This document shows positions 20,170 through 28,530 of a DNA stretch of 64,000 nucleotides, one piece after another. The translations under genes and the position numbers were made by a program. The notes under the pieces were generated by a model. It was not told where the DNA came from and did no database searches. It saw nothing but the letters and a program-made list of their open reading frames with translations. The DNA lies in the IMG/VR virus record IMGVR_UViG_3300047160_010653, positions 9,104-73,103 of that record; one strand, 5' to 3'. This DNA is from a virus. Lineage: Duplodnaviria; Caudoviricetes. Positions within the stretch are counted from its first letter, which is position 1. Every line of letters starts with the position of its first letter.

Positions 20170-20406
20170 TTACGACGACGTTACCGCATGCAGTTGGCGG
20201 CCTTCGCCTTCGGCGCGCTCCTTGCCGCGCTCCGCCGCCTGAGCCAGGGCAATGTTTTTCTGGATCGAGCGCAGCCGGTCGAGAGCGCGAATGGTGCCCT
20301 GCATGGCCGCGGCGAGGTTCTCCTCTTTGACAGAGCGCGCCACGTCCTCTAATTCGGTGGCGATCTCCTCGATGCGGTTGCATACGACTTTGATCAGCTT
20401 TTTCAT
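20170..20406 (-). CDS. Coiled-coil hypothetical protein
   Basis: RBS GGAGG upstream of MKKLIKV. Confidence 0.5.
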   Translation of the reverse strand: MKKLIKVVCNRIEEIATELEDVARSVKEENLAAAMQGTIRALDRLRSIQKNIALAQAAERGKERAEGEGRQLHAVTSS

Positions 20407-20621
20407 TTGGTGTCCTCCTTGATTGGTTCCGCCCCGCGCGCAGCGTTCCAGCGGTAGTTGACTGGCTCGTCTGAGGCGACGACGCGAGTGTCTCTCACCA
20501 GCGTCCAGCGCCAGGACAGGTCCTGGACGTACTTTTGAGCCTCGTCCTCGGTGGCGAAACGCAGCATGTTGCCGCACCACTTACCGCTGCTGTCGGCGAT
20601 CACTTCAGCCTTGAATGACAT
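20403..20621 (-). CDS. Conserved phage hypothetical protein
   Basis: RBS AGGAGG; SGKWCGNMLRFATEDEA ... PVNYRW motif. Confidence 0.6.
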   Translation of the reverse strand: MSFKAEVIADSSGKWCGNMLRFATEDEAQKYVQDLSWRWTLVRDTRVVASDEPVNYRWNAARGAEPIKEDTK

Positions 20622-20640
20622 TGGTTTCCTCCTGGGTTTC

Positions 20641-20994
20641 TCAGAACGGGACTGTTTCTCGCTCCGACTGTTTCGGCTTTGTCGTTTCAGCAAGGATGAA
20701 CTCCACGTCCACGACATCGCCATCCTTGAGCGAGTGCCAGTTCTCGTAGATGTAGTTGTGAGCGACTTTGAAAGTGCGATCCCTCCAGCCGTAGGGATCG
20801 TTCCAGCAAGGACGGCCACCAGCATCGAGCGGCGTCATCGCTATGTTGGGATTCCCATCGCATGGATATCCGCACCGTCGCAGGAGGTAGCGCTGGGCTT
20901 CCCAGGCTGAAGCAACCCCTACAGGGTTCATGTCGATGCACAGCATCGGAATGAACGTATTGGAGTCTCTGATCTCAAGTATCTTGACGTTCAT
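20641..20994 (-). CDS. Conserved phage hypothetical protein
   Basis: 117 aa, LEIRDSNTFIP ... GDVVDVEFILAE; coupled to the upstream stop. Confidence 0.6.
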   Translation of the reverse strand: MNVKILEIRDSNTFIPMLCIDMNPVGVASAWEAQRYLLRRCGYPCDGNPNIAMTPLDAGGRPCWNDPYGWRDRTFKVAHNYIYENWHSLKDGDVVDVEFILAETTKPKQSERETVPF

Positions 20995-21269
20995 GGTGGT
21001 CGTTGTCCTCCGCAGACGATGCCTGCTGCGGCATCGCGGTTGTGAACGAAACGGTCCTGGTCCCTGATGGTTTGCAGCAGGGTCTTGGCGTCCCGGGCTT
21101 TCTCGGGACGATTGGCCTTGCGCTTGCGCAAGGCGCGCAGGATTTGCGTGCCCGACCAGTTGTGATCGGCCTCCCGCAGGGCGGCACGAACCGCCCTGGG
21201 CAGCTTGTCGAAATCGGCCATGCGGCTCGCCGTCATGGGGCCGAGATTGTTGCTGTTGACTTGGTGCAT
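20991..21269 (-). CDS. DUF6525-like small protein
   Basis: M-A-D-FDKLP-x-x-VR-x-AL-x-x-A-x-x-NWS pattern. Confidence 0.5.
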   Translation of the reverse strand: MHQVNSNNLGPMTASRMADFDKLPRAVRAALREADHNWSGTQILRALRKRKANRPEKARDAKTLLQTIRDQDRFVHNRDAAAGIVCGGQRPP

Positions 21270-21279
21270 GGTGGGTGGC

Positions 21280-21486
21280 TCAGTTGTTGCGGTGCCGCGC
21301 ATACGCCTTGCGGGCGTAGGCGAAGGCGCATCGCAGGGTGCAGAAAGGATTGTACTGGTGCACCCAGGTGGTGCCGTCCCACGGAGACGGCCTCATTTGA
21401 CCAGCAGGCCAGTGATTGTACTTGCGGCCGCATTTGCGGCCGCAGTGAACGCAGACGGGGCGCGTTTTAACGGTGAACGAGTACAT
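21280..21486 (-). CDS. Small Cys-containing (Zn-binding) protein
   Basis: CVHC ... FCTLRCA. Confidence 0.5.
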   Translation of the reverse strand: MYSFTVKTRPVCVHCGRKCGRKYNHWPAGQMRPSPWDGTTWVHQYNPFCTLRCAFAYARKAYARHRNN

Positions 21487-21794
21487 CAGAACACAAGCTC
21501 CGGTATCTTCACCGCAGCGCCACCAGGGCGCGGGGTGCGGGGCGGCGGGGTTGGGGTAGGCACCTTGGCGAACGGCTCACCGGTGGCCTCCGTAGGAGCA
21601 GGGCGGGGCGGTTCAGGAGGGGTAAGGCGCCGGACCGGCGTCCAGGTCACCTCGCGGAGCCGCTCGCCGTTGCTCATGCGGTCCAGGATCGCGATCGACG
21701 CGGCGACGATGCCACGCTGCGTGGTGATGTCGTCCTCCGGCATGAGCCAAGGCGACCGGGACAGTTCGGTTTGCAGATTTTTCCAGGAGAACAT
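21486..21794 (-). CDS. Hypothetical protein with Pro-rich tail
   Basis: 102 aa; its stop abuts the start of the downstream gene. Confidence 0.45.
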   Translation of the reverse strand: MFSWKNLQTELSRSPWLMPEDDITTQRGIVAASIAILDRMSNGERLREVTWTPVRRLTPPEPPRPAPTEATGEPFAKVPTPTPPPRTPRPGGAAVKIPELVF

Positions 21795-21848
21795 GTAAAA
21801 GTACCTTTGGTTGGGGAGGGGAGGGGGAGCCGTAGCTCCCCCGGGTTG

Positions 21849-22958
21849 TCAGGCCGCAACACGCTCCTTGAAGCGCGGCAACAGCAGACCGGCGGTGCGC
21901 TCGAAGTCGACCCGCTCGTCCTGCCACGGGATGGTCTTCGCGTAGGCCGTCGCGGCGGTCACTACGTCCCACACGGTCTCGATCGGCCGGTTCTCTTCGG
22001 CCATGTGCGTGGCTTTCAGGCTCTCGACCTTGCCCTTGCCGAAGCGAGTGGCCAAGAACTCGTCGAGCTTGTCGGCGACGTTCTGCTGGCGTGCCTCCGC
22101 AATGGCCTCGATGATGTTTTTCGAAGAACCCTGGGCAAACCGGTTGATCGCAGGCATGATTTCATCAAGCCAGCGGGTGGGCGCGCCCGAGGTGTGCCGG
22201 ACTTTGATCTCCTGGAAGTCGACGCCGCCCCAGATGATGCGGTTCATGCACAGAAAGTCGAAGTAGACCGTGCCGACCCGCAAAGACTGCTTGCCGACCT
22301 CCGACTGCGAGACCATCAAGCCGCGGCCGAGCGTGCCGGTTTTGCCGTCACGACGGTTCGGGATGTCGATACGGTTCTGCTCGTCGCAAAGGAACACAAA
22401 CATGTCCCGGTCGCTGGCATAGAGCGTGGTGTTCTCCTTGGTGACAGGGACTTTCTTGCCGAACTCACCAGGGATTTGCCAATTCTCCGGAAGATCGAAA
22501 AGGGCCTGGGTTATCTCGTCGTTCCAAATCCGGCCATACCCAGCCGAGGTCACCGCGTTGAGGTGGTTGCCGCTGTTGCGGTGCAGGAGCAGCTTGCAGT
22601 CTTCCTGCAGCCCGAGCTGGCGCCTGCGAATCTGCAGGCCGTAGTTCAGGCAATCCGCCGCGAGGGGCGAAGGCAATAGGCGCAGCCCGTTGGGCTGCAA
22701 ACCTGGGATTTGGGCGGTGCGCACCAGCTGATTGAACGCCCAGTTGGTAGGTGCATAACCAACCTTTGACGGACCTTCGACGGTCAGGCCGCGATTGTCT
22801 TTGGCCGGAACGACGGTGAGGCTCTTGGGGTCGATCGTGACCTCCCGGCTGTTCTCGTGCACGTTCTTGAAGTGGGCGTGCATCTCGGTAAGTGAGGTGT
22901 AACGCTCGTCGGCAGGACGGGCGGCCCACTGGTTAGAAACGGTCATCGCGTCAAACAT
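21849..22958 (-). CDS. DUF932/DUF945-family protein
   Basis: QWAARPADERYTSL start; YASDRDMFVFL; SEVG-x-x-SL ... CMNRII; IKVRHT. Confidence 0.75.
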   Translation of the reverse strand: MFDAMTVSNQWAARPADERYTSLTEMHAHFKNVHENSREVTIDPKSLTVVPAKDNRGLTVEGPSKVGYAPTNWAFNQLVRTAQIPGLQPNGLRLLPSPLAADCLNYGLQIRRRQLGLQEDCKLLLHRNSGNHLNAVTSAGYGRIWNDEITQALFDLPENWQIPGEFGKKVPVTKENTTLYASDRDMFVFLCDEQNRIDIPNRRDGKTGTLGRGLMVSQSEVGKQSLRVGTVYFDFLCMNRIIWGGVDFQEIKVRHTSGAPTRWLDEIMPAINRFAQGSSKNIIEAIAEARQQNVADKLDEFLATRFGKGKVESLKATHMAEENRPIETVWDVVTAATAYAKTIPWQDERVDFERTAGLLLPRFKERVAA

Positions 22959-23140
22959 GACTTGGTCCTTTCACTTCAGTTCACACGACGGCCTATGCCG
23001 CCGTGTCCGCATGATGCGGCTGGAGAGGCAGCCATGGCTGTCCCTCGGGTCGCGTCACTTCATCATCGGTGCCGAGAGAGCCGGAAGGCCGACTGGACTG
23101 ACATCCGAGACTGATCAGCTACTGCACGATCAACCTGGTC

Positions 23141-23172
23141 TGTAATATGCCACTGCCGCTAGGTAATGTCAA
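23141..23172 (-). promoter_or_regulatory. Candidate sigma70 promoter for DUF932 and the leftward block
   Basis: Minus-strand TTGACA (plus tgtcaa 23167-23172) with a CATATT/TATTAC-like -10 element 17-19 bp downstream. Confidence 0.55.
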
Positions 23173-23193
23173 TGTTTTCGAAAAAGCGTGTGT

Positions 23194-23622
23194 TTACAAT
23201 GGTTTACCGAACAGCATTTGCTCAATCGTGTTCCAGTGCCACTTCGCCGGACCCCCGGCGCACTGGATCAGCGGCTTGATCTCGCCGAGCCAAGCGCCGT
23301 CGTGAAACTGACGCAGCGCGCTGGCAGGATAGAGCAGCAATTCATCGATGGTTTTGTCGTGGCGGCGAATTGCCAGGAACACGCGACCGAAATGGCGCAC
23401 GCGGCGCTCGGCCCAGGCGATCTGCGTGGGGCGTATCTCAGAGCAACGGGTAAGGGTCTTGCCGGTGGCGCGCTTGCATTCGATCCAGACTTCGACCCCA
23501 GCGAAGCAACCGTTGAGGTCGGGGATACCGCCGCCTGTTGCTCCTGATTCGATACTTTGCCAATGAACGTACGGCAAATATTTTGGAAATAACGAACGAA
23601 GGCCTTGGTCCGCTCTACTCAT
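23194..23622 (-). CDS. VRR-NUC / PD-(D/E)xK nuclease (Holliday junction resolvase-like)
   Basis: GGIPDL ... VWIECK ... IRPTQIAWAERR catalytic pattern. Confidence 0.8.
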   Translation of the reverse strand: MSRADQGLRSLFPKYLPYVHWQSIESGATGGGIPDLNGCFAGVEVWIECKRATGKTLTRCSEIRPTQIAWAERRVRHFGRVFLAIRRHDKTIDELLLYPASALRQFHDGAWLGEIKPLIQCAGGPAKWHWNTIEQMLFGKPL

Positions 23623-23790
23623 ACGGCATATCCCGGGGCACCAGGACGGGGTCACGGTCGGTCGGCTGATGAGTTCGCTGCTCGATCTGGCGCTCGGGCT
23701 TCGCGCATCAGGCGGCGCTGATCGGCGCGAGCAAACTCGATGATTGTCTTGGCTGCGCCGAGGTCCATGGATGGAGTAGCGATACGCTCG

Positions 23791-24033
23791 TTATAAATCG
23801 CCATCGTCCCAGCTCCAGTAATTGTGGGCCAGCAGCCACTGTTTTGATCCACGACGGTACTCAATAGGGAGGTTTTTCACTGCAGTGATGCATTGGTGAA
23901 AGCAGATTTCCATCACGTGGGGATCGCTAGGCGTGGGCTGGCCATACTTGCGGCCGACCTCCATCAGAGCTTGGGGGTCCTTGAGGAGCGCGGCGTCGCG
24001 TTCCTTGTTGTAGGCTTTGATCGCTTCAGACAT
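23791..24033 (-). CDS. Conserved phage hypothetical protein
   Basis: Start refined to MSEAIKAYNKERDAALL behind an AAGGA RBS. Confidence 0.55.
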   Translation of the reverse strand: MSEAIKAYNKERDAALLKDPQALMEVGRKYGQPTPSDPHVMEICFHQCITAVKNLPIEYRRGSKQWLLAHNYWSWDDGDL

Positions 24034-24173
24034 TCGTTTTCCTTTCAAACGCTGGGCAACGGTAACGGCTGTCGGTTTTCTCGCCAAACGACATGCTGTC
24101 GTGCTTGGTGCAGGTGCCGACGTAAAGGCGTTCCTCGACGAAGCAATCAAAGAGTTTGAGGAGAAAAAGTGAT

Positions 24174-24202
24174 CTTGACAATAGGCAAGTAGTGCCTATA
24201 TA
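24174..24202 (+). promoter_or_regulatory. Strong sigma70-type promoter with overlapping operator palindrome
   Basis: CTTGACA (24174-24180) ... CTATAT (24196-24201); ATAGGCA/TGCCTAT perfect inverted repeat at 24181-24187 and 24193-24199. Confidence 0.7.
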
Positions 24203-24286
24203 CGTGATGGCGGAGCCGCCTCCCCGCCCTCGGAGGGACCGGCGAGACTAGGGGCCTCCCACTTCCCTCCAACGAAAGGAAACCAA

Positions 24287-24418
24287 ATGACCTAGCCCGG
24301 CCTTGGCACGGTGCCAGAAAACGGCACCGTCTACTTGGAAGGCCCGCACTACCCTGAGCCTCATAAATGGTACGCCCAGGGCACCATGGTGAACGGCAAG
24401 CTCACCAAAGTCAAATAA
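24287..24418 (+). pseudogene. Small gene with an amber codon at position 3
   Basis: RBS AAAGGA, then ATG ACC TAG, then an open frame PGLGTVPENGTVYLEGPHYPEPHKWYAQGTMVNGKLTKVK to TAA. Confidence 0.55.
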
Positions 24419-24422
24419 TCCC

Positions 24423-24444
24423 GGGGGCTTCGACCCCCTCTTTT
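24423..24444 (+). terminator. Candidate intrinsic terminator/attenuator
   Basis: GGGGG-CTTCGA-CCCCC followed by TCTTTT. Confidence 0.5.
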
Positions 24445-24518
24445 CAGGAGAGATCAATGAGCTTCAAGAAAATCAAAACCATTACCAGCCACGTGGACTG
24501 GCCCGCTGGCTGGCCACC

Positions 24519-24776
24519 GTGAGCGAGGAGCCGGTGGCTTACCTCGCCCGTCTTCAGGTCAACGACATCCCATCGCCCTATGCCTACAGCCCGACCAAGG
24601 ATGTGTACTCCTGGAAGACCGCGCGGCATCCTGAAGGGCAAATGGTGATGTGGTTCGAGACGCGGCACAAGTACTTCGAGATATTCGAAGTACCCAAAAG
24701 CTTCTCGCCGATCTTCAACACCGAAGAGGCTGCTTCGAATTGGAACTTCCACCATGACACCGAGATGCGCACATGA
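24519..24776 (+). CDS. Hypothetical protein
   Basis: 85 aa, GTG start; stop overlaps the next ATG. Confidence 0.5.
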   Translation: MSEEPVAYLARLQVNDIPSPYAYSPTKDVYSWKTARHPEGQMVMWFETRHKYFEIFEVPKSFSPIFNTEEAASNWNFHHDTEMRT

Positions 24777-24946
24777 CACAAAGCTGGATCATCATCTCAC
24801 GTGAAACCGGGAAGCCGGTATTCGAAACTTTCACACGCAAGATTGCTGCCCGTGTCAACCTGGAAAAGTACGAAGTCCTGACCGCTAAGGAATGGCTCGT
24901 ACGTTTCAATAAGCAGGTCAAAGCAAATGACGTCGCGCGAGCTTGA
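24773..24946 (+). CDS. Small conserved phage protein (57 aa, below the ORF-track cutoff)
   Basis: MTQSWIIISRETGKPVFETFTRKIAARVNLEKYEVLTAKEWLVRFNKQVKANDVARA; ATGA coupling. Confidence 0.55.
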   Translation: MTQSWIIISRETGKPVFETFTRKIAARVNLEKYEVLTAKEWLVRFNKQVKANDVARA

Positions 24947-25145
24947 GCTGCACCTCATCAAGCTCGACATGACGCAAACGCGGTTTGCCGAGCTGATGGG
25001 CTACAAACCCCGCGAAGTCCGCTACTGGATAGCCGGTGGCCACCCGATCCCCGTGCCCGTCGCCATCCTGGCCCGGCTGCTCATGCTGGGCCGGATCACC
25101 GTCACTGAAATTGACAACGTACGAGAAAGGAAACCCTTGAAATGA
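24927..25145 (+). CDS. XRE-family helix-turn-helix regulator
   Basis: MTQTRFAELMGYKPREVRYWIAGGHPIP. Confidence 0.8.
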   Translation: MTSRELELHLIKLDMTQTRFAELMGYKPREVRYWIAGGHPIPVPVAILARLLMLGRITVTEIDNVRERKPLK

Positions 25146-25336
25146 GATACCTAGTCAAATGCGGCTACCGCACCGCCACCGGCTTCCCATCGATGACAGA
25201 CTATCCCACGCACTTCGACACCGTCGAAGTCGAAGCCGATGATGTTCCGGCTGCGCGCACCGAAGCGATCGACGTCATGTACAGCAAGCACACCAACATC
25301 GAGCACGTCAAACCTATGACCGTGAAGGAAGCCTGA
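25142..25336 (+). CDS. Hypothetical protein
   Basis: 64 aa, coupled to the upstream stop. Confidence 0.5.
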   Translation: MRYLVKCGYRTATGFPSMTDYPTHFDTVEVEADDVPAARTEAIDVMYSKHTNIEHVKPMTVKEA

Positions 25337-25374
25337 CTAACGCGCTCGCACAAACGCACAACGACAGTAAATTC

Positions 25375-25891
25375 TCATCCTCGCTCTTCCACCAGCCCAC
25401 GCAGGTCTCGCAACAGATCGAGCGCTTCGACTTCAGCCTTCGCAGCGCGCTTGGCCGCCGCACAACGAGCGGCCGAGACAGGGGGAAGGGCGGGGGCAAA
25501 CCCGGCTCGGGCTTCATATCGCATGTGGCCCCCGCCCAAGGCGGCACCGCCGACCTGGGCATCAAGCGTTTTTTGGCCGCCTTTTGTATTGGACGCGGCA
25601 GAGTGAATCTGGGGCTCAACCGCCTTGTGGCCGCGTCCGCGCTCGGCATGCGCGCTCTGGGTTTCACCTCTGTCATGGCCGAGCTTGTTCGTCATATCGT
25701 TCTGCACGTCCTGCAGGAACGGCAATGCCAGCGCGTCGAGCAGCGGTGGCTTGTCCTTGATGCGCTTGACGAACTCGCGGAGCGCCTCGGGCAAAGACCG
25801 GTCACGCAGCGCCTGCCGCAATATAGAGCGCCGAGGTTGCGACGTTGAGGCCCGCGCGTTTCATGGCTGACGAGATTGCAGTTTCTGTCAT
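25375..25891 (-). pseudogene. Hypothetical gene apparently frameshifted near 25822
   Basis: RBS AAGGAG plus ATG at 25891 gives MTETAISSAMKRAGLNVATSALY then a stop; the long frame 25375-25821 begins at that point without its own RBS. Confidence 0.4.
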
Positions 25892-25904
25892 GGTTCATCT
25901 CCTT

Positions 25905-26130
25905 TGAGAAAGTGACGGGCCAGCAGTGCAGGATTGGTTTGCACAAAGACCCTGGCTGGCCCGAGACGGTGGCAGTTGAGGGCTGGGTTTCACACTGCGG
26001 CTGGCCTCCGTCATTTGTCTCGGGCGGGAAGGGGACTAGCGAGGTTAACCTTCCCGCCCGCCGTGGTCCCGGCGGGGCACCAGGGTGTCCGGTCTGAGTT
26101 CGGACCTAGGTTTGTGCCGGGCACGGGAAC
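25905..26130 (-). ncRNA. Candidate structured intercistronic RNA
   Basis: Perfect 12-bp stem 26021-26032/26049-26060; 8-bp stem 25917-25924/25955-25962 enclosing GTGCA/TGCAC; several further hairpins. Confidence 0.4.
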
Positions 26131-26131
26131 C

Positions 26132-26491
26132 TCATGAAAATTTCACCATCAGTTCGAGCACGCGGCGCGCACAAGCTTCGGGGTCGATCGAAGCAAATGC
26201 CGCTGCGCTGGCCCGGTTGTCTTTGTGATGACCCTTGGTCGGATCGCGGCCGGTATTGATGCGCCAACCAAATCGAATGGTGTTCTTGCCGTCTGCGGTG
26301 GCCACTTCGACAAACGCCCCCCTCCCACTGGTGGTGCGGCGGCGAACAGGGTTGCCGTTTTCATCGTAGACATAGTCCGTCAGCCGAAGAGCGCGCAGCT
26401 CGGTGCGCCGCGCCGAACAGGTCTGATGCGACATTCCGAGGCGATGTTCGCATTCTTCGCAAGTGGTTCCCTGTGGCATAGGAGACCTCAC
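26132..26491 (-). CDS. Hypothetical protein with CxxC
   Basis: CEECEH ... C pattern; start overlaps the MazG-like stop. Confidence 0.45.
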   Translation of the reverse strand: MRSPMPQGTTCEECEHRLGMSHQTCSARRTELRALRLTDYVYDENGNPVRRRTTSGRGAFVEVATADGKNTIRFGWRINTGRDPTKGHHKDNRASAAAFASIDPEACARRVLELMVKFS

Positions 26492-26769
26492 AGTCTTTCA
26501 TCGAGTTCGAGCCTTGCTGAAGATTCATTGAACTTGGCGCGCACCGCAGCACCGAGGTCAATGTCGAATTTCCACGCCAAGAGGTCGGCGATAATAATCA
26601 CATCAGCCAGTTCCATGGCGAGGTCGCCCACATCGGCGCGGCTGCCACGCATGCCCCAGGCTTCGCGCGCGAGGTCGGCGAGGCGCTCAACAACGTCCGG
26701 GTCCCACTGGCGCTGACGTGCAACGTTGCCGAGCCGCAGCTCGGCGAATGTCAGAGGATCGATTTGCAT
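26488..26769 (-). CDS. MazG-like nucleotide pyrophosphohydrolase, internally shortened
   Basis: ELADVIIIADLLA ... IDLGAAVRAKFN C-terminal MazG signature; the first acidic helix appears to be missing. Confidence 0.6.
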   Translation of the reverse strand: MQIDPLTFAELRLGNVARQRQWDPDVVERLADLAREAWGMRGSRADVGDLAMELADVIIIADLLAWKFDIDLGAAVRAKFNESSARLELDERL

Positions 26770-26807
26770 GGTTGCTTGCTCCCTTTGATTCGTGATATCA
26801 AAATCAC

Positions 26808-27017
26808 ATGAACAGATCAAGATCGCAAAAATCCAAGAGCGGACGGCCGAAAACAACCGGCCCGGGGGTTCCGGTGGTGGTGCGCATGCACAAAGCGCAG
26901 TTGCGGGCGATTGACCGTTTCCGCGGCCCTGAGCTTTCACGTCCTGAAGCCGTTCGTCGACTTGTCAGACTGGCGCTAAACAGGAGCAAGACCATCAATG
27001 ACAGACACACCACGTAA
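26808..27017 (+). CDS. Ribbon-helix-helix (CopG/Arc-like) regulator
   Basis: GRPKTTG ... VVVRM-x-x-x-QL-x-AID ... SRPEAVRRLV. Confidence 0.75.
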   Translation: MNRSRSQKSKSGRPKTTGPGVPVVVRMHKAQLRAIDRFRGPELSRPEAVRRLVRLALNRSKTINDRHTT

Positions 27018-27261
27018 AATCATCCAAGTCGCCACCAGTGATAACTGTATCGTCGTACTTTGCGATGACGGCAGCGTGTGGACGCTACCTGAAGAAAGCA
27101 CCAAACCTGGATGGTGGCGAATGCCACCGATCCCACAAGAAAAAGACTATGAAACGACAAAACGACAAGACCGTGAGACAAGTAAAGCCAACAAAGAAAT
27201 CATGAAGATAGCTGCCGAGGCCGGGTACTTCGACATACTAAACCGTGTCAAGGAGAAATAA
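26998..27261 (+). CDS. Hypothetical protein
   Basis: KIIQVA ... VLCDDGSVW motif. Confidence 0.55.
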   Translation: MTDTPRKIIQVATSDNCIVVLCDDGSVWTLPEESTKPGWWRMPPIPQEKDYETTKRQDRETSKANKEIMKIAAEAGYFDILNRVKEK

Positions 27262-27264
27262 AAA

Positions 27265-28485
27265 ATGCCGTCAAGACACTCCGCAGTAGCCGGGGGCAGC
27301 AGCGCCGCCCGTCTCGTCAACTGCCCAGGCTCGACCGCCATGCTGGCACGCTTGCCGCCGGTGGTCGACCGCGATTCGTCCTACGCGATCGAAGGCACCG
27401 CCATGCATACCGTGGTGGAGCAAGTCATCACTGGCAAGATGAAACTCAGCAAATTGCCGCCGACTGTCGACACTCACGCCGGGCCGGTCGAGATCACGTC
27501 GGAGCTTGTCCACGACGCCCTGGAACCGGCGATGGACTACTGGCGCGATTTCAAATCCAAAGTTGATAGTTGGCAAACCGAGGTTCAGGTCGAGTTCCCA
27601 GGGATCGCAGATGCCTTTGGCACGCTGGACCTTCTCGGCCGCACCGAGAAAACCAACACCACCTATGTGACTGACTGGAAATTCGGCGCCGGAGAAGGCG
27701 TTCAGGCAGTCTATCCGGACCCGGATAACCCGAACTACGAAATCGTTAATGAGCAGCTCATGTTCTATGCTGCCGCCGCCCGGCACACGCTCCCCAAGCT
27801 GTTCCCGCCGGGCTGCCGTATTATCCTGACCATCGTGCAGCCGCGCGCCCGCGACCATGACCCCGTCACCAGCGCCGAGGTCAGCCTCGCCAATCTCGAT
27901 GGTTTTGCGCATGAATTGCGCAATGCCCTCACGATAGCCGAGTACAAGGATGCGCCAATCAAAAAGGGACGCTGGTGCCGGTTCCAGCCGTGCCAGACCA
28001 TCTGTCCGCTGCATACCGGCCCTTTGTTCGACCTGGAGATCATCAAACCAAGGGAGATCACGGACAAGACCGAGGCTCTTCCAACTTACCAAGCTATCCT
28101 GCTCGACATTCTCGACGCCGCACCCGCCGTTGAAAAGTTGATCAGCGAGGCGCGCACCCAGGCGCATCTGATCCTCGCCAATGGCGGCGAGGTGCCGGGC
28201 TGGAAGCTGGTGCAAAAGCGCGCCACCCGGCAATGGGTAGTCGAGCCCGAGACACTGGCCAGACGGCTCAAGCTGCCGAAGTCGAAGCTGTACGACAAGG
28301 AACTGAAGTCACCGGCCGGTGTCGAACGCATGCTGAAAAAAGGACAGAAGCTGCCGGATGGGCTGGCAGTGCCAGTTTCCTCCGGAACAACGATTGCGCC
28401 GGTGACCGACAAGCGTCCGGCGGTAACGGCAAGCCCGAGCGCACTTGCCGACATTCTGCTTGAGGCGGCCAGCAAAAGCGAATAG
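27265..28485 (+). CDS. DUF2800 / Cas4-like PD-(D/E)xK exonuclease
   Basis: GGSSAARLVNCPGS; AIEGTAMH; FGTLD ... VTDWKFG; NEQLMFYA; GRWCRFQPCQTICP. Confidence 0.85.
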   Translation: MPSRHSAVAGGSSAARLVNCPGSTAMLARLPPVVDRDSSYAIEGTAMHTVVEQVITGKMKLSKLPPTVDTHAGPVEITSELVHDALEPAMDYWRDFKSKVDSWQTEVQVEFPGIADAFGTLDLLGRTEKTNTTYVTDWKFGAGEGVQAVYPDPDNPNYEIVNEQLMFYAAAARHTLPKLFPPGCRIILTIVQPRARDHDPVTSAEVSLANLDGFAHELRNALTIAEYKDAPIKKGRWCRFQPCQTICPLHTGPLFDLEIIKPREITDKTEALPTYQAILLDILDAAPAVEKLISEARTQAHLILANGGEVPGWKLVQKRATRQWVVEPETLARRLKLPKSKLYDKELKSPAGVERMLKKGQKLPDGLAVPVSSGTTIAPVTDKRPAVTASPSALADILLEAASKSE

Positions 28486-28530
28486 CCTCGGCCATACGGC
28501 GATTCTGCCGTTTACCTGGAGCTTTTTACC

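Noticed and set aside
23660-23750. CTGATGA as a hammerhead ribozyme core
   Set aside because: No correctly placed GAAA or closing stems, and it lies within a probable small ORF.
24287-24418. Genome-wide amber (TAG) recoding
   Set aside because: Several genes end at TAG with the next gene starting close by (7829, 28485, 32620), and long core genes contain no internal TAG; one case is not enough.
27265-28485. CRISPR-Cas4 system
   Set aside because: The Cas4-like nuclease sits in a standard exonuclease-SSB-polymerase module; no repeat-spacer array or other cas genes are seen.
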